Notes: a model not told the origin generated them from the letters alone. A DNA stretch of 42,367 nucleotides from a virus (IMGVR_UViG_3300016263_001470:1-42367); one strand, 5' to 3'. Shown: positions 16,220 to 26,100, counted from the first letter of the stretch. Made by a program: numbers and translations.

Positions 16220-18496
16220 GTGGACGAAAAACTCTACCTAAACCCCGCCACTGGAGATGCTGACGGGCTTTTGACTTTGGACAAAAGCGGAAAGGCTCCA
16301 AAAACCCGGATTACCAACCACGCCGGACTTTACGGACTTTACCAAAATCTTTACCTGGCCGACGAACAGTCGTCCAAAGACCGTACCCGCATAATGGATA
16401 TGTTCGACGGTGCGGCTCCGTATGATCCAGTTGTTCTTCGCCGCATGGGTCAGGGTTACCGCGCCAATTTAAACTTTGGGGAAGCGGGAGCCGACCTTGA
16501 AAAAGCTCTTTCCGCATACAACGACCTTGTCACTTCCGTTGACCGCCTTGTAAATGTTAAAACCAAATTTGGTGATGAAAGCCAGCGCGAAGAATATGGT
16601 GCGATCATCTCCGAAGAGTTTCATCGTTTGCTAACCAAAGACTGGCCCAGCTTTTATTTCCGTCAGCAACTCCTTTCTTACTACTTCATTGCCCAGGGCC
16701 TTGGCGTTGCTTTTTTTGAGGACGAGCGTAACTGGCAGTGGAATATTTGTCCTATTGGGGATTTTCTTATTCCCCGCGGAACGCCCGCCACGGAGGACAA
16801 AGTTGAAATTGCCTGCGTCCGCAGAATTTACCTAACACACGAACTTTACCGTTACATTGAAAATGAGAAAGCAGCCAAAGAAGCCGGTTGGAATGTGGAC
16901 GCCGTCAAACAGGCTATTCGTGATGCAACTACGACTATGCCAGCGGACACGTTTAATTGGGAAGAGTTGCAGAGGGAAATCAAAAGCAACGATCTTTATT
17001 TTGCTCACGTCCGCAGCCGTGAGGTGCATGTAATTCATTATTACGTGCGGGAGTTTGACGGTTCTTATTCCCACGCCATCGGGCGTCGTGACGGTGTTGG
17101 CGATTTTCTTTTTAAGAAAATCAAGAGGTTTAAGAGTGCTTCTGAGGCGTTTCACATTTTTACCTACGGTATAGGCAACGGCCTGTATCACTCGATCCGC
17201 GGGCTCGGGTACAAGATTTTCCCGCATATTCAGATGACCAATCGTTTGCGTTGTGCAATGGCAGACGGAGCAATGCTTCAGACTTCCGTTTTGTTGCAGC
17301 CTCAATCCGCAGAGGATATCTCCAGGATGACCATGGCTTATTCCGGGCCTCTGTCGTTTTTGCCACCAGGTTTGCAGGTAGTTCAGACTCAGTACCCAAA
17401 TTTAGCTTTGAATGTGATGCCGATCGTCAACGAAATGGCGATGGTTCGCCAAAGCAATACCGGGTCTTACCGTACGCAAATGAATGCCCCGACGGGCAAT
17501 CCTAGGACAGCCACCGAGATCGAGGCGCAGATTGCTAATGAAGGTGTTTTAAGCGCTAACTCTCTCAATCTCTTTTATGTTCCATGGGGCCGTTTGCTCC
17601 GTGAGCAGTTCCGCCGCTTACAACGAGACAGTTGGGTTGCGGGAGAACAAGGGTCAGAGGAAGCCAAAAAATTCCGCAAACGGCTTGAGGAGCGCGGAGT
17701 TCCGTGGCAGGCGGTGAAGGAAGTTTACGATGTTGATCCCGTCAGGGCTATCGGTCTTGGATCTCCCGCCGCACGTCTAACAGCCTTCAATGAGTTTATG
17801 CAATTGTTGCCCAGGTTTGATGAGCTTGGCCAGGTTAACGCCATTCGTGATCGCGTGGCCGCTCGTGTAGGCTACGACCAGGTAGATCGATATATCCCCA
17901 ATCCGAACGTCAAGAATCGCGTTCCCACGGACGCCAAGATTGCCGAGCTTGAAAACGGAGCCATGCAAGCTGGCCGGGCTGTTTCGGTCATGCCAAATGA
18001 AAATCATTCGATCCATCTTCAGGTTCATCTTGGCGAGTCCACCCCAATGATCCAGGCTGTTCAGAATGGTGAAGTTCAGGACAAGCAGCAAACAATGATG
18101 TTCCTGACCATGATGTATGAACATTGTAACGAGCACTTGGTGAGGATTGCTCAGGACAAAACCAAGCAGCAGGAGATCGGACAATTTAACCAGACAATGA
18201 ACCTACTCCGAGAAGCCGTTGTTAACCTGCAACGTGACGTTCAGGAAGATATTCGCGCCGCTGCTGAAGCCCAACAGCAAGCTGCTCTGGCTTCCGGCCA
18301 AGTTCCTACTTTGACCCCGCAAATGCAGATGAAGATGCAGGAGCATCAGTTGGATATGCGGCTGAAAGAAGAAAAAGCCGCACTTGATGCCAGATTCAAA
18401 GAACTTGAAATGAAGCAAAAATTAGCTTTACAGGATGCGGAAACGGCAGCTAATCTTCGTTCCGCGTTTGAGAAATCTGGCGCAACACCTGCATGA
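16220..18496 (+). CDS. Portal protein
   Basis: Large ORF after terL; RTATEI motif; Gln-rich coiled C-terminus. The track start (TTG 16181) is the -35 box. Confidence 0.8.
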   Translation: MDEKLYLNPATGDADGLLTLDKSGKAPKTRITNHAGLYGLYQNLYLADEQSSKDRTRIMDMFDGAAPYDPVVLRRMGQGYRANLNFGEAGADLEKALSAYNDLVTSVDRLVNVKTKFGDESQREEYGAIISEEFHRLLTKDWPSFYFRQQLLSYYFIAQGLGVAFFEDERNWQWNICPIGDFLIPRGTPATEDKVEIACVRRIYLTHELYRYIENEKAAKEAGWNVDAVKQAIRDATTTMPADTFNWEELQREIKSNDLYFAHVRSREVHVIHYYVREFDGSYSHAIGRRDGVGDFLFKKIKRFKSASEAFHIFTYGIGNGLYHSIRGLGYKIFPHIQMTNRLRCAMADGAMLQTSVLLQPQSAEDISRMTMAYSGPLSFLPPGLQVVQTQYPNLALNVMPIVNEMAMVRQSNTGSYRTQMNAPTGNPRTATEIEAQIANEGVLSANSLNLFYVPWGRLLREQFRRLQRDSWVAGEQGSEEAKKFRKRLEERGVPWQAVKEVYDVDPVRAIGLGSPAARLTAFNEFMQLLPRFDELGQVNAIRDRVAARVGYDQVDRYIPNPNVKNRVPTDAKIAELENGAMQAGRAVSVMPNENHSIHLQVHLGESTPMIQAVQNGEVQDKQQTMMFLTMMYEHCNEHLVRIAQDKTKQQEIGQFNQTMNLLREAVVNLQRDVQEDIRAAAEAQQQAALASGQVPTLTPQMQMKMQEHQLDMRLKEEKAALDARFKELEMKQKLALQDAETAANLRSAFEKSGATPA

Positions 18497-18783
18497 CATT
18501 AAAAGATTGGAACAACAGACAAGACCTTAAAAAAGCCTGGAAGGTTTTTTATAATTCCGAAGCCGGGCAGGCCGTAAAGGATTTGTTGGTAACCATTGGG
18601 GTTCCTTCCGCTGTAATGCCTCCGCAGGGAGTAGATTTTGTTGATTGGAACGCGAGTTTAAACGCCCGTCGCGAAGGTTATTATGATGCCATTCGTTTAC
18701 TTGGCGCACTTTCAGAAGATCAAACCGCACCGGAACAGTTTCCGGATCCGTGGGAAACAAAAGAGGAACCAAACAACCAATAA
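18493..18783 (+). CDS. Small conserved head-module protein
   Basis: Between portal and scaffold; ARREGY motif; ATGA coupled. Confidence 0.6.
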   Translation: MTLKDWNNRQDLKKAWKVFYNSEAGQAVKDLLVTIGVPSAVMPPQGVDFVDWNASLNARREGYYDAIRLLGALSEDQTAPEQFPDPWETKEEPNNQ

Positions 18784-18795
18784 GGAATAAAAACC

Positions 18796-19989
18796 ATGAG
18801 TGAAGCAGCTACCGCAACCCCCACCGCAGAATTAGGTCTTGCCGATGCCTTAGACGCGGGTCTTGATGCAATTGACCGTAGTCCGGCAGAAGTTCCCGTC
18901 CAGGCAACTCCCGAGCCGGTAAAAGCCCCGGAAGCAACCAAACCAGTAGCGGCTGAAAAAACTAATGCGGTTTCCAACAACAATCCGCTGGACGTTTTGA
19001 CCAAACGACTTACTGGACAGGATGAAGTCAAAGCCGAATCGACTTCTTCCGAAGATTTAGACATCAAAACCCCCGAGAATCTCAAACCGGAAGCCCAAAC
19101 TGCCTGGGCTAGGTTAACCAAGGATTTGCGGGAAGCCAGAGCCAAGCTCAAAGAATTAGAGACCAAAACCGCCGAATCCGTTCCCAATTCTGTTGAGCAA
19201 ATCGATCTGAAAGCTCAATTGGAAGCACTTAAAACTGAGCGCGACAACTACGAGCAGGAGTTGCGTTTTTCCCGTCTGGAAGCTACTAAAGAGTATAAAA
19301 TGGCTGTAACCGAGCCATTGCAGACCATCCAGAATGAGGTCGCCTCGATTGCGAAGACTTATGAAATGGACCCAACAAAGATTTACGCCGCCATGGTTGA
19401 GCCAGATGCCATGAAGCGACGAGCCCTCCTGAAGGAAGCCACGGCCAGCTTTGATCCTGTTGATGCCCTGGCTGTCCGCCAAAAAGGAGAGGATTTGCAG
19501 AAAATCTTTGAGCGTCGGGAATTGCTGACCAAGGATGTACAGACTGTTCTTCAGATGATTGAGACAGAGGAAAAACAGGAGATGGAGCAGTTTCAGAAGC
19601 AAGCCGAACAGGAGTTGGCCGAGGCTTATAAATCCGAATGGGAAAACATGCAGAAGGAAAACCCCCTTCTACGTCCCATCGAGGACAATGAAGCTTGGAA
19701 CAATACCTTAAAGGGCATTGAGCAACAGGCTCTTAGCATTGAGAATACCGAGCTTGATCCTCGTTCCAAAGCCAGGCTAACATTTAATGCCGCCGCTCTT
19801 CCTGTGGTAATGCAGGTATTTCAAGATTATGTTTCCAAGACCCAGTCCAGAATCAGCGAGCTTGAAAAGACAGCCAAGGAACTTCGGTCTACGCTACCTT
19901 CCGCCGGGGCGGACAGCAGCGGGGCTCCCGAGATTGCTTCTGATCTTGGCTTTTTGGAAGCCCTTGAACGCGGTATGGGCAAAAAATAA
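18796..19989 (+). CDS. Capsid scaffolding protein
   Basis: Acidic, coiled-coil, directly upstream of the capsid gene; AAGGA RBS. Confidence 0.7.
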   Translation: MSEAATATPTAELGLADALDAGLDAIDRSPAEVPVQATPEPVKAPEATKPVAAEKTNAVSNNNPLDVLTKRLTGQDEVKAESTSSEDLDIKTPENLKPEAQTAWARLTKDLREARAKLKELETKTAESVPNSVEQIDLKAQLEALKTERDNYEQELRFSRLEATKEYKMAVTEPLQTIQNEVASIAKTYEMDPTKIYAAMVEPDAMKRRALLKEATASFDPVDALAVRQKGEDLQKIFERRELLTKDVQTVLQMIETEEKQEMEQFQKQAEQELAEAYKSEWENMQKENPLLRPIEDNEAWNNTLKGIEQQALSIENTELDPRSKARLTFNAAALPVVMQVFQDYVSKTQSRISELEKTAKELRSTLPSAGADSSGAPEIASDLGFLEALERGMGKK

Positions 19990-20002
19990 TTGTTAAAAGG
20001 TA

Positions 20003-20030
20003 TTGACACGTTCCACCCGGTTGATACTTT
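20003..20030 (+). promoter_or_regulatory. Capsid promoter
   Basis: TTGACA-16-TACTTT with TG extension. Confidence 0.6.
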
Positions 20031-20036
20031 TAACTC

Positions 20037-20230
20037 GTTCGGTGTAGGTATAAAGACTGAGACCCTTGCTGAACACTGACCTATAAAGATTGAGATGGTC
20101 AAAAATTCGGGCATTAAAAGCTCTGGGATGCCGCCAGGGAATAGTTTTGAATGTGGTAAGGGCGAATAGCTCCGTGCGGAGTTAACGCTACTTCCGCAAA
20201 TCATAACATCCCTTGCGAGAGCGGGGGATG
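20037..20230 (+). ncRNA. Structured 5' leader RNA of the capsid gene
   Basis: Five hairpins with G-U pairs, three with related loops, the last with a GAGA tetraloop. Confidence 0.6.
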
Positions 20231-20253
20231 GATGAAAGGATAAGTTAAACAAA

Positions 20254-21636
20254 ATGGCTACTACGTACTCCATCGAGCAGTTGCTCGTGAAGGAAGCTGG
20301 CCGTATCGGACCGGAGATCTATCGCCGGACGATCGACACTTCCGCTTGGCTCAAACTGACCAAGCAAGAACAGTTCCCCGAGGAAATGGGCGATGTGATC
20401 AGCTCGATGACTTTCGAGCGGTTCTATCCGTCCCGCGTTCTCGCCGGTGCTGGCAATACTAACGGTTACGCCGAAAATGAAATCACTGCTGACGCTGGCT
20501 CGGGCTGGCGCAAGCTGGGTTCCAACCCGGTTGACCAAACCTACGAAGACTTTAACGCCTACACCCAGACGATCTCTGGCGGTTCCACCCCTCCGGTGGC
20601 CTCCACGTCGACTGCCGGTAACGTTCTGCCCGCCACCCTCAACGGGGTGACTTTCGGCCAGAAACTTCGTCAGTACAGCCTGGAATGGGCCTCCATCGAG
20701 TCCCCTGACGTTGCCCTCGAAGACTTGCGCTTCGCGGTCAAGCGTCGTGAGCAGCTGTCCAACATCATGGACGTGCTGACTGAGTCGACATCGCTCGTGT
20801 GGCAGGATCGTTATCGCAATCAGTACACCTCCTCCGTCGCCGCCGAGGGCAACCTGGTTTACCCCAGCACCTCCTCGATCGTGGCTTCCACGAGCGCGAG
20901 CTCTGGTGACGCGAAGGTGATCTATGACGCGGTTACCACCGGAGTCGGCACTGCCGCTTCCGGCGCAATCACCGCGGCTAACCTGCCCAACAGCCAGCTG
21001 ACCCAGGGCATCCTCAAGCGGCTCTACATGAAGTTGATCCGTGATGGTGCCGGCACTAACGCCATGGGCCGTGAAAACGGCGCCCCGGTGTTCATGCTGA
21101 TCTGCGGTGCTGAAACCAGCGAGTCCCTCATCCGGCTCAATGCGGACATCCGTCAGGATTTCCGTTATGCGAAGCCCAATGAGTTGCTCACTCCGCTCGG
21201 CATCGAGCGCAGCTACGGCGGGTTCTACCACGCCATCGATCCGTATCCTCCGCGGTTCCGCGTGTACGATACCACGAATGACAAGCTCATCCGTACGTAT
21301 CCGTTCAAAAAGGAAACCACGACCAAGGGTACTGCGTACAACATCAACAGCGAGTACGAGACCGCAGCCTACGAACTGAGCTACATCTACCATCAGGATG
21401 TGTTCCGTTCCGTGGTTCCGGGTCCGGTCAACACCGCCAACAAAATGAGCTTCAACCCCCAGAATTACCGGGGTGAGTTCAAATGGGTCAACATCCTTGA
21501 CCGTCAGACCAATCCGGATGGTAACGTGGGTTACTTCCGTGGCGTTCTGGCCAACGGTGCCCGTGCGATCTTCCCGCAGTATGGCTATGCCATCCTGCAC
21601 AAGCGCGCGGCGATCAGCCTCGACTACGTTAGCTAA
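20254..21636 (+). CDS. Major capsid protein
   Basis: 460 aa after scaffold; strong RBS (AAAGGA); strongly biased codons. Confidence 0.85.
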   Translation: MATTYSIEQLLVKEAGRIGPEIYRRTIDTSAWLKLTKQEQFPEEMGDVISSMTFERFYPSRVLAGAGNTNGYAENEITADAGSGWRKLGSNPVDQTYEDFNAYTQTISGGSTPPVASTSTAGNVLPATLNGVTFGQKLRQYSLEWASIESPDVALEDLRFAVKRREQLSNIMDVLTESTSLVWQDRYRNQYTSSVAAEGNLVYPSTSSIVASTSASSGDAKVIYDAVTTGVGTAASGAITAANLPNSQLTQGILKRLYMKLIRDGAGTNAMGRENGAPVFMLICGAETSESLIRLNADIRQDFRYAKPNELLTPLGIERSYGGFYHAIDPYPPRFRVYDTTNDKLIRTYPFKKETTTKGTAYNINSEYETAAYELSYIYHQDVFRSVVPGPVNTANKMSFNPQNYRGEFKWVNILDRQTNPDGNVGYFRGVLANGARAIFPQYGYAILHKRAAISLDYVS

Positions 21637-21658
21637 TTGAAGAAAGGAGACCATTAAC

Positions 21659-21904
21659 ATGGCTTTCCCTCTTCAAGTTGCGACGCAGGATCACGTTCTC
21701 GCAGCCCAGGTTCGTAACGTCCTCGCCAATGGCGGGACGTGGACGGATGTGGTTGTCCTGACCGCTGCCACTGGCACGGCCAGCAACACCATCGCTGACG
21801 TGGGTGCAGCCTTCAACCAGACGACCTTGAACAACAACTTCAAGTCGCTCGCGGCGAAGGTCAACGAATTGATCGTGCTGGTCAATAACGTTAACGCTGC
21901 CTAA
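21659..21904 (+). CDS. Head fibre/decoration protein
   Basis: TIADV..NQTTLNNNFKSLAAKVNELI; AAAGGAG RBS; follows the capsid gene. Confidence 0.6.
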   Translation: MAFPLQVATQDHVLAAQVRNVLANGGTWTDVVVLTAATGTASNTIADVGAAFNQTTLNNNFKSLAAKVNELIVLVNNVNAA

Positions 21905-21911
21905 TTGAATC

Positions 21912-21942
21912 GATCCCCCGGGGGCAATTCCCCCGGGGGATC
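21912..21942 (+). terminator. GC-rich hairpin, probable terminator or mRNA stabiliser
   Basis: GATCCCCCGGGGG-CAATT-CCCCCGGGGGATC, 13 perfect bp; weak U tract. Confidence 0.65.
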
Positions 21943-21959
21943 ATACTTACTGAGGTTTT

Positions 21960-22202
21960 ATGGCTAATATTTCTTTCCCTGTTCCCGAAGGTTTTACGCC
22001 CCCGGAGGGTGTTGCCGAAGGTAAACCGTTTGATTTTATGGCTAGCGGCTATTTCAAAGGCCCCACCATGTATCTCACCGCCGTGGAAGGCGTTTCCGTT
22101 GGCTCCGCTCCAGAAATGGAAGAGCCCGAGGAAGCCGAAGAATCCGGCGAGGAAATGGGTATGGTTGAGGCAGTTGAAAAAGGGGTAGCTGGAAACGTCT
22201 AA
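21960..22202 (+). CDS. Acidic hypothetical protein
   Basis: 80 aa, GAGG RBS. Confidence 0.65.
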   Translation: MANISFPVPEGFTPPEGVAEGKPFDFMASGYFKGPTMYLTAVEGVSVGSAPEMEEPEEAEESGEEMGMVEAVEKGVAGNV

Positions 22203-22208
22203 TTAGCC

Positions 22209-22430
22209 GTGGACCGTTTACTCCTGGCCGTGGTTCGTCAGGCCTGGAATGATCTCCAGGATGTCAGGGCCGGGAAGAAGCTGGGCAGGCCAAAAGCCTG
22301 CTTTGAGCGGGAATCGTTCGAACTTTGTTTCGAACTTTTCTTGCCTTTGCTGGGGGTAAAGGGTTATACTGCAAGTAAGATGAGAAAGCACCTTATCCCA
22401 ATGCTGGAGGAAGTTTATGGATCAAAATAA
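22209..22430 (+). CDS. Hypothetical protein
   Basis: 73 aa, in operon. Confidence 0.55.
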   Translation: MDRLLLAVVRQAWNDLQDVRAGKKLGRPKACFERESFELCFELFLPLLGVKGYTASKMRKHLIPMLEEVYGSK

Positions 22431-22635
22431 CATGATCTATGAGCTTCTGGACCGCACGGCCAGAATGGAGTCCAAACTGGACATTCTTGTCGATTCCATT
22501 TCCAGCCAGGAAGACCGAATTCAGAGGGTAGAAGGCCACATAAACCGGGGATATGGGATCGTGGCCGTGATTACCCTCGCCATTACGACCGTTGGCCAGA
22601 CCATCTGGCATAAGCTTTTCGGACAAAGTTCTTGA
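22417..22635 (+). CDS. Coiled-coil protein with C-terminal TM helix (XhlA/holin-like)
   Basis: GGAGG RBS; heptads followed by GIVAVITLAITTV. Confidence 0.55.
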   Translation: MDQNNMIYELLDRTARMESKLDILVDSISSQEDRIQRVEGHINRGYGIVAVITLAITTVGQTIWHKLFGQSS

Positions 22636-22659
22636 TTTTTGCCCTCGTTTCGGCATCCT
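22632..22659 (+). promoter_or_regulatory. Promoter-like motif
   Basis: TTGATT-16-CATCCT, 11 nt before ATG 22671. Confidence 0.4.
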
Positions 22660-22670
22660 AGGAAAGTCCT

Positions 22671-22961
22671 ATGGGTTTTCGGAACACAAGCTTTACCAAT
22701 TATTCCGGAACGATTGTTTCGGCCGGGGTTAGCCAGGAGATTATCGCGGCAAGCCCGGATCGTAATTTTTTGCTTGTCCAGAATCTTTCCACCACCGATC
22801 CCATGTATGTCGGCATCGGTTATTCTCCTTCCGACACCACCGGGATTTCCATAAGCGCAAACGGGGGCGGAATTGTGTTTGAGGACGGAGCTGTTCCGGT
22901 CGAGGCAATCCATATATTCTGCAATACGGCCGGAGAACCTTTCGTGGCTTTGCAAGGATAG
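22671..22961 (+). CDS. Small beta-rich virion protein (putative)
   Basis: RNFLLVQNLS..MYVG pattern; structural module context. Confidence 0.6.
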   Translation: MGFRNTSFTNYSGTIVSAGVSQEIIAASPDRNFLLVQNLSTTDPMYVGIGYSPSDTTGISISANGGGIVFEDGAVPVEAIHIFCNTAGEPFVALQG

Positions 22962-22962
22962 T

Positions 22963-23223
22963 ATGCCAGTCTTTCAAAGCGGTGGCGGCGGTTCTGGCGG
23001 TGGAGGTCTTACCGATGCTGAACTGCGTGCGTCACCAGTCGAGGCCACCGTTCCCGTCCCTGGATGGGAGATTGCCGCACACGACTACCGCTCCTTCGGC
23101 TACACCAGCGGTAATTTGACCTCTATCGTCTACAAAACTGGAGGTTCTGGCGGAACGACGGTGGCCACCCTGACGCTGGCTTATGACGGATCTGGCAACT
23201 TAACCAGCATCACCAAGAGCTAA
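22963..23223 (+). CDS. Hypothetical virion-associated protein
   Basis: ATG 22963 one nt after the upstream stop; YTSGNLTSI / YDGSGNLTSI repeat. Confidence 0.6.
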   Translation: MPVFQSGGGGSGGGGLTDAELRASPVEATVPVPGWEIAAHDYRSFGYTSGNLTSIVYKTGGSGGTTVATLTLAYDGSGNLTSITKS

Positions 23224-23224
23224 T

Positions 23225-25051
23225 ATGGCAAATCGATGGGCAGTAGCAAACGGTAACTGGTCGGCCACCGCAACGTGGAATGGAGGAACTTTGCCGACCG
23301 CCGCCGATGATGTCTTTGCCAACAACTTTACCGTCACCATAGACCAGAATGTTACGGCCTTAAGCATAAGGACAGAAGCCGCGGCTGGCATCAACGCAGG
23401 TGGAGGATTTACACTGGCCGCGGCTTACGATATCACCGCAGATCTTTACGCTGGTGGAAGCAGTTGTCTTACTTACTCCGCAAACTCACCCACTGCTGTT
23501 ACCATAACTGGAAATCTTTTTGGGTCTTCGACGACCAATAGCACTAGTGCGCTTTCAATTTCTGGGACGGGAACTTGTACTATAAATGGAAATCTTACTG
23601 GCGGTACCGGAGCATCATCGTCCGCTAGGAGAACAGTCAGCATTAATAATTCCGCAACCGTGATTATCAATGGAAATCTTTCGACAAGTGCCACTGGTAG
23701 TACTTCTAACCTTGCTGTCTCTATAAATGCTAATGCCGTAACTTTAACAATTACCGGGAATCTTACCGCTGGTCTTTCCTCTGTTTGTTTTGGGAATAGC
23801 TACCCAAGTGGTTCTGTAACCGTAACAGGGTCTTTAATTGCATCAACGGTTTCAGGTGGAGGAATTCCTCTTGCGGTAAACGGTCAAAGTGTCACCGTCA
23901 ACGGGAATCAAAATATGCCTTCCACAGCAACAAACTATATTTTTGATTCAAACGCATCATCAGGCTCCGCTCAAATTGTATTTAACGGAGATATTATAAT
24001 TTCACACAATTCACTTAGCTTTATCGGTATAAGGGTATCTGGAGTTGCTTCTAGCGTAACTATAAACGGAAATGTCACATACAACGGCAACGGTCTTGCT
24101 TTGCAAATATCTTCCTCAAATTGCACAACCACTATTACCGGAAATCTTATTAGGAATGGAACAAGTAATGGAGGTTTTAGTTTTTCAGGAACAAATTCAG
24201 TTTTTATAATAAACGGAAATATTAGTGCAACGCTTTTGGCTGACTCTACCGTACTTTCTATAAGTGGGACTAACCAAACTTTAACTATTAATGGAGATAT
24301 TTTACATTGTCTTGGCGGGGCTGGGGGCACGGGCGGAAGAGGTACTTTAGCTATTTCTTCAACAAACATAACAGCCACGATTAACGGAAATGTGATTGGT
24401 GCGCCAACTCCCGTAACCACTGCCTCCTATTGTATTTTTTTAACTGGGTCTTTTAGTGGAACACTTACCATAAATGGGACTGTGACAGCGGGAGATCTTG
24501 CAGGAACACACGCTATTTATATAAACAATTCATCCACTCCCGCTACTCTCACGATTAGAAGAGTGGTTGGTAACGGATTTGGCGTGGGGGTTTCAAACCG
24601 AGGAGAAGCTTACGCTGTTTTTAGTGCTCCCAGTGCTCTTAACAATACCCAAGTCCTAGTCAAAGAATTTGAATTTGGGCCATTGGGCGCAGTACCCGTC
24701 CGCGGATTTTGCCAGATTGTTGGGACCACTGACCGCATCGCTTTGTTTAGAAATTCCTCTGGAACCCAGATTACCCTTGTTGATCCTGCCACCGTAGTTA
24801 CCCCACCGGCCGTAACTGACGTTCGCTCTGGAGTGGTCTATAATAATGGAAATCTTACCGGCACTCTTGCCGTCCCACCCGTCAATCAGGTTGCGGCTGG
24901 GGTAGCCGTAGACAATACGGTAGGCACCGCCGCCCTGACCCAGGCTTCCGTTTGGGACTATGCCCTTTCCTCGGCCTCCAGCGTTGCAGGTTCTGTGGGC
25001 GAGAAACTTAAGAAAGCCGCCTCGACCGCGGATGTGGTCGCTTTCAGCTAG
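23225..25051 (+). CDS. Tail spike/adhesin, beta-helix-like
   Basis: Many TI(N/T)GN(L/V/I) repeats; G/S/T/N-rich; DVRSGVVY C-terminal module. Confidence 0.7.
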   Translation: MANRWAVANGNWSATATWNGGTLPTAADDVFANNFTVTIDQNVTALSIRTEAAAGINAGGGFTLAAAYDITADLYAGGSSCLTYSANSPTAVTITGNLFGSSTTNSTSALSISGTGTCTINGNLTGGTGASSSARRTVSINNSATVIINGNLSTSATGSTSNLAVSINANAVTLTITGNLTAGLSSVCFGNSYPSGSVTVTGSLIASTVSGGGIPLAVNGQSVTVNGNQNMPSTATNYIFDSNASSGSAQIVFNGDIIISHNSLSFIGIRVSGVASSVTINGNVTYNGNGLALQISSSNCTTTITGNLIRNGTSNGGFSFSGTNSVFIINGNISATLLADSTVLSISGTNQTLTINGDILHCLGGAGGTGGRGTLAISSTNITATINGNVIGAPTPVTTASYCIFLTGSFSGTLTINGTVTAGDLAGTHAIYINNSSTPATLTIRRVVGNGFGVGVSNRGEAYAVFSAPSALNNTQVLVKEFEFGPLGAVPVRGFCQIVGTTDRIALFRNSSGTQITLVDPATVVTPPAVTDVRSGVVYNNGNLTGTLAVPPVNQVAAGVAVDNTVGTAALTQASVWDYALSSASSVAGSVGEKLKKAASTADVVAFS

Positions 25052-25053
25052 GC

Positions 25054-25081
25054 TTGACAACTAAATTCAATCCTGCACACT
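25054..25081 (+). promoter_or_regulatory. Promoter
   Basis: TTGACA-16-CACACT, 8 nt before ATG 25090. Confidence 0.6.
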
Positions 25082-25089
25082 AAAGCTCT

Positions 25090-25386
25090 ATGGCATGGAA
25101 TGACGAAAATCTTTCACCGTCTGTAACGCAGGAAACTGATGCCGCGCTAGTTGCTCTTGGCCAGCGTGGGTTTGTGTTTACTGACGACACCAATGCGGTT
25201 ACCGGAAATTTTGCAGCTATCCAGGTTATTGCTGATGCTGTATTTAATACTTTGACCGCTCTTGATTCTACCGTCGGTAATTTGGCTGGAGGCTCTGCCA
25301 TAACTCTTAGCGCTGGAACCGTTATTTACGGACCTTTTACTGGTTACGATCTTACTAGCGGAAAAGTAATCGCTTACAAGGCTTAA
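25090..25386 (+). CDS. Small virion protein (putative)
   Basis: 98 aa beta-rich; GTVIYGPFT..LTSGKVIAY. Confidence 0.6.
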   Translation: MAWNDENLSPSVTQETDAALVALGQRGFVFTDDTNAVTGNFAAIQVIADAVFNTLTALDSTVGNLAGGSAITLSAGTVIYGPFTGYDLTSGKVIAYKA

Positions 25387-25392
25387 CCCGCC

Positions 25393-26100
25393 ATGCCGAA
25401 ACTCGGCCTAGGTCTTGGGTTACCTAATAATAAACCCTCAGAACCCGCTGACCCATTTGGGGCCAATGTTTCCCTGCTCCTTCACATGAACGGGAGCAAC
25501 GGTTCAACCACATTCACGGATTCTTCGTTAAACAATTTTTCAATAACAAATTCTTCAGCAGAAATAAGCACTGCAATTTTTAAATTTGGTGGAGCTAGTG
25601 GATATTTTCAATCGGGACAATATATCTATAAACAAACATTAGCAAACGAGCTTCAATTTCCATCTGATTTTTGTGTTGAAATGTGGTATTATCCACTTGC
25701 ACTAGATACAGATCAATGTCTTTATGATTGCAGTCTATTAAACCAAGGCTCAACAAGAGAAGATGCTTGGGCATTAGCAATAGATTCTTCGGGTGATATG
25801 TTTTGGTATCATGATGGCACAGCCAATTATACTTCTTCAAGCCCAATAGCAAACCAATGGAATTTTATTTCAATAACTAGAAATGGCACAAATTTAAGAG
25901 TTTTTCTTGATGGACAAGAAGTTTTACTTGTTACAAATTCCGTAGATTTCAGTAGAGGAGGAGCAATTATTGGAACAATTACAGAAACCGTGGGTGCATA
26001 TTCCTTAAATGGATATGTTGATGATGTTAGAGTTACAAAAGGCGTAGCCCGGTACACTTCAAATTTCACTCCGCCAACTTCGCAATTTCCAAACCCATGA
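25393..26100 (+). CDS. LamG/concanavalin A-like lectin-fold protein
   Basis: VSLLLHMNG..FTDSS, DFCVEMW, QWNFISITR..FLDG, GYVDDVRVTKGVARY. Confidence 0.8.
   Translation: MPKLGLGLGLPNNKPSEPADPFGANVSLLLHMNGSNGSTTFTDSSLNNFSITNSSAEISTAIFKFGGASGYFQSGQYIYKQTLANELQFPSDFCVEMWYYPLALDTDQCLYDCSLLNQGSTREDAWALAIDSSGDMFWYHDGTANYTSSSPIANQWNFISITRNGTNLRVFLDGQEVLLVTNSVDFSRGGAIIGTITETVGAYSLNGYVDDVRVTKGVARYTSNFTPPTSQFPNP

Noticed and set aside
20049-20127. Mini CRISPR array in the capsid leader
   Set aside because: Repeats are only 14 nt and lie in hairpin loops; spacing is too short
20245-21660. 471 aa antisense ORF covering the capsid gene
   Set aside because: Codon-for-codon shadow of a strongly biased gene; no motifs
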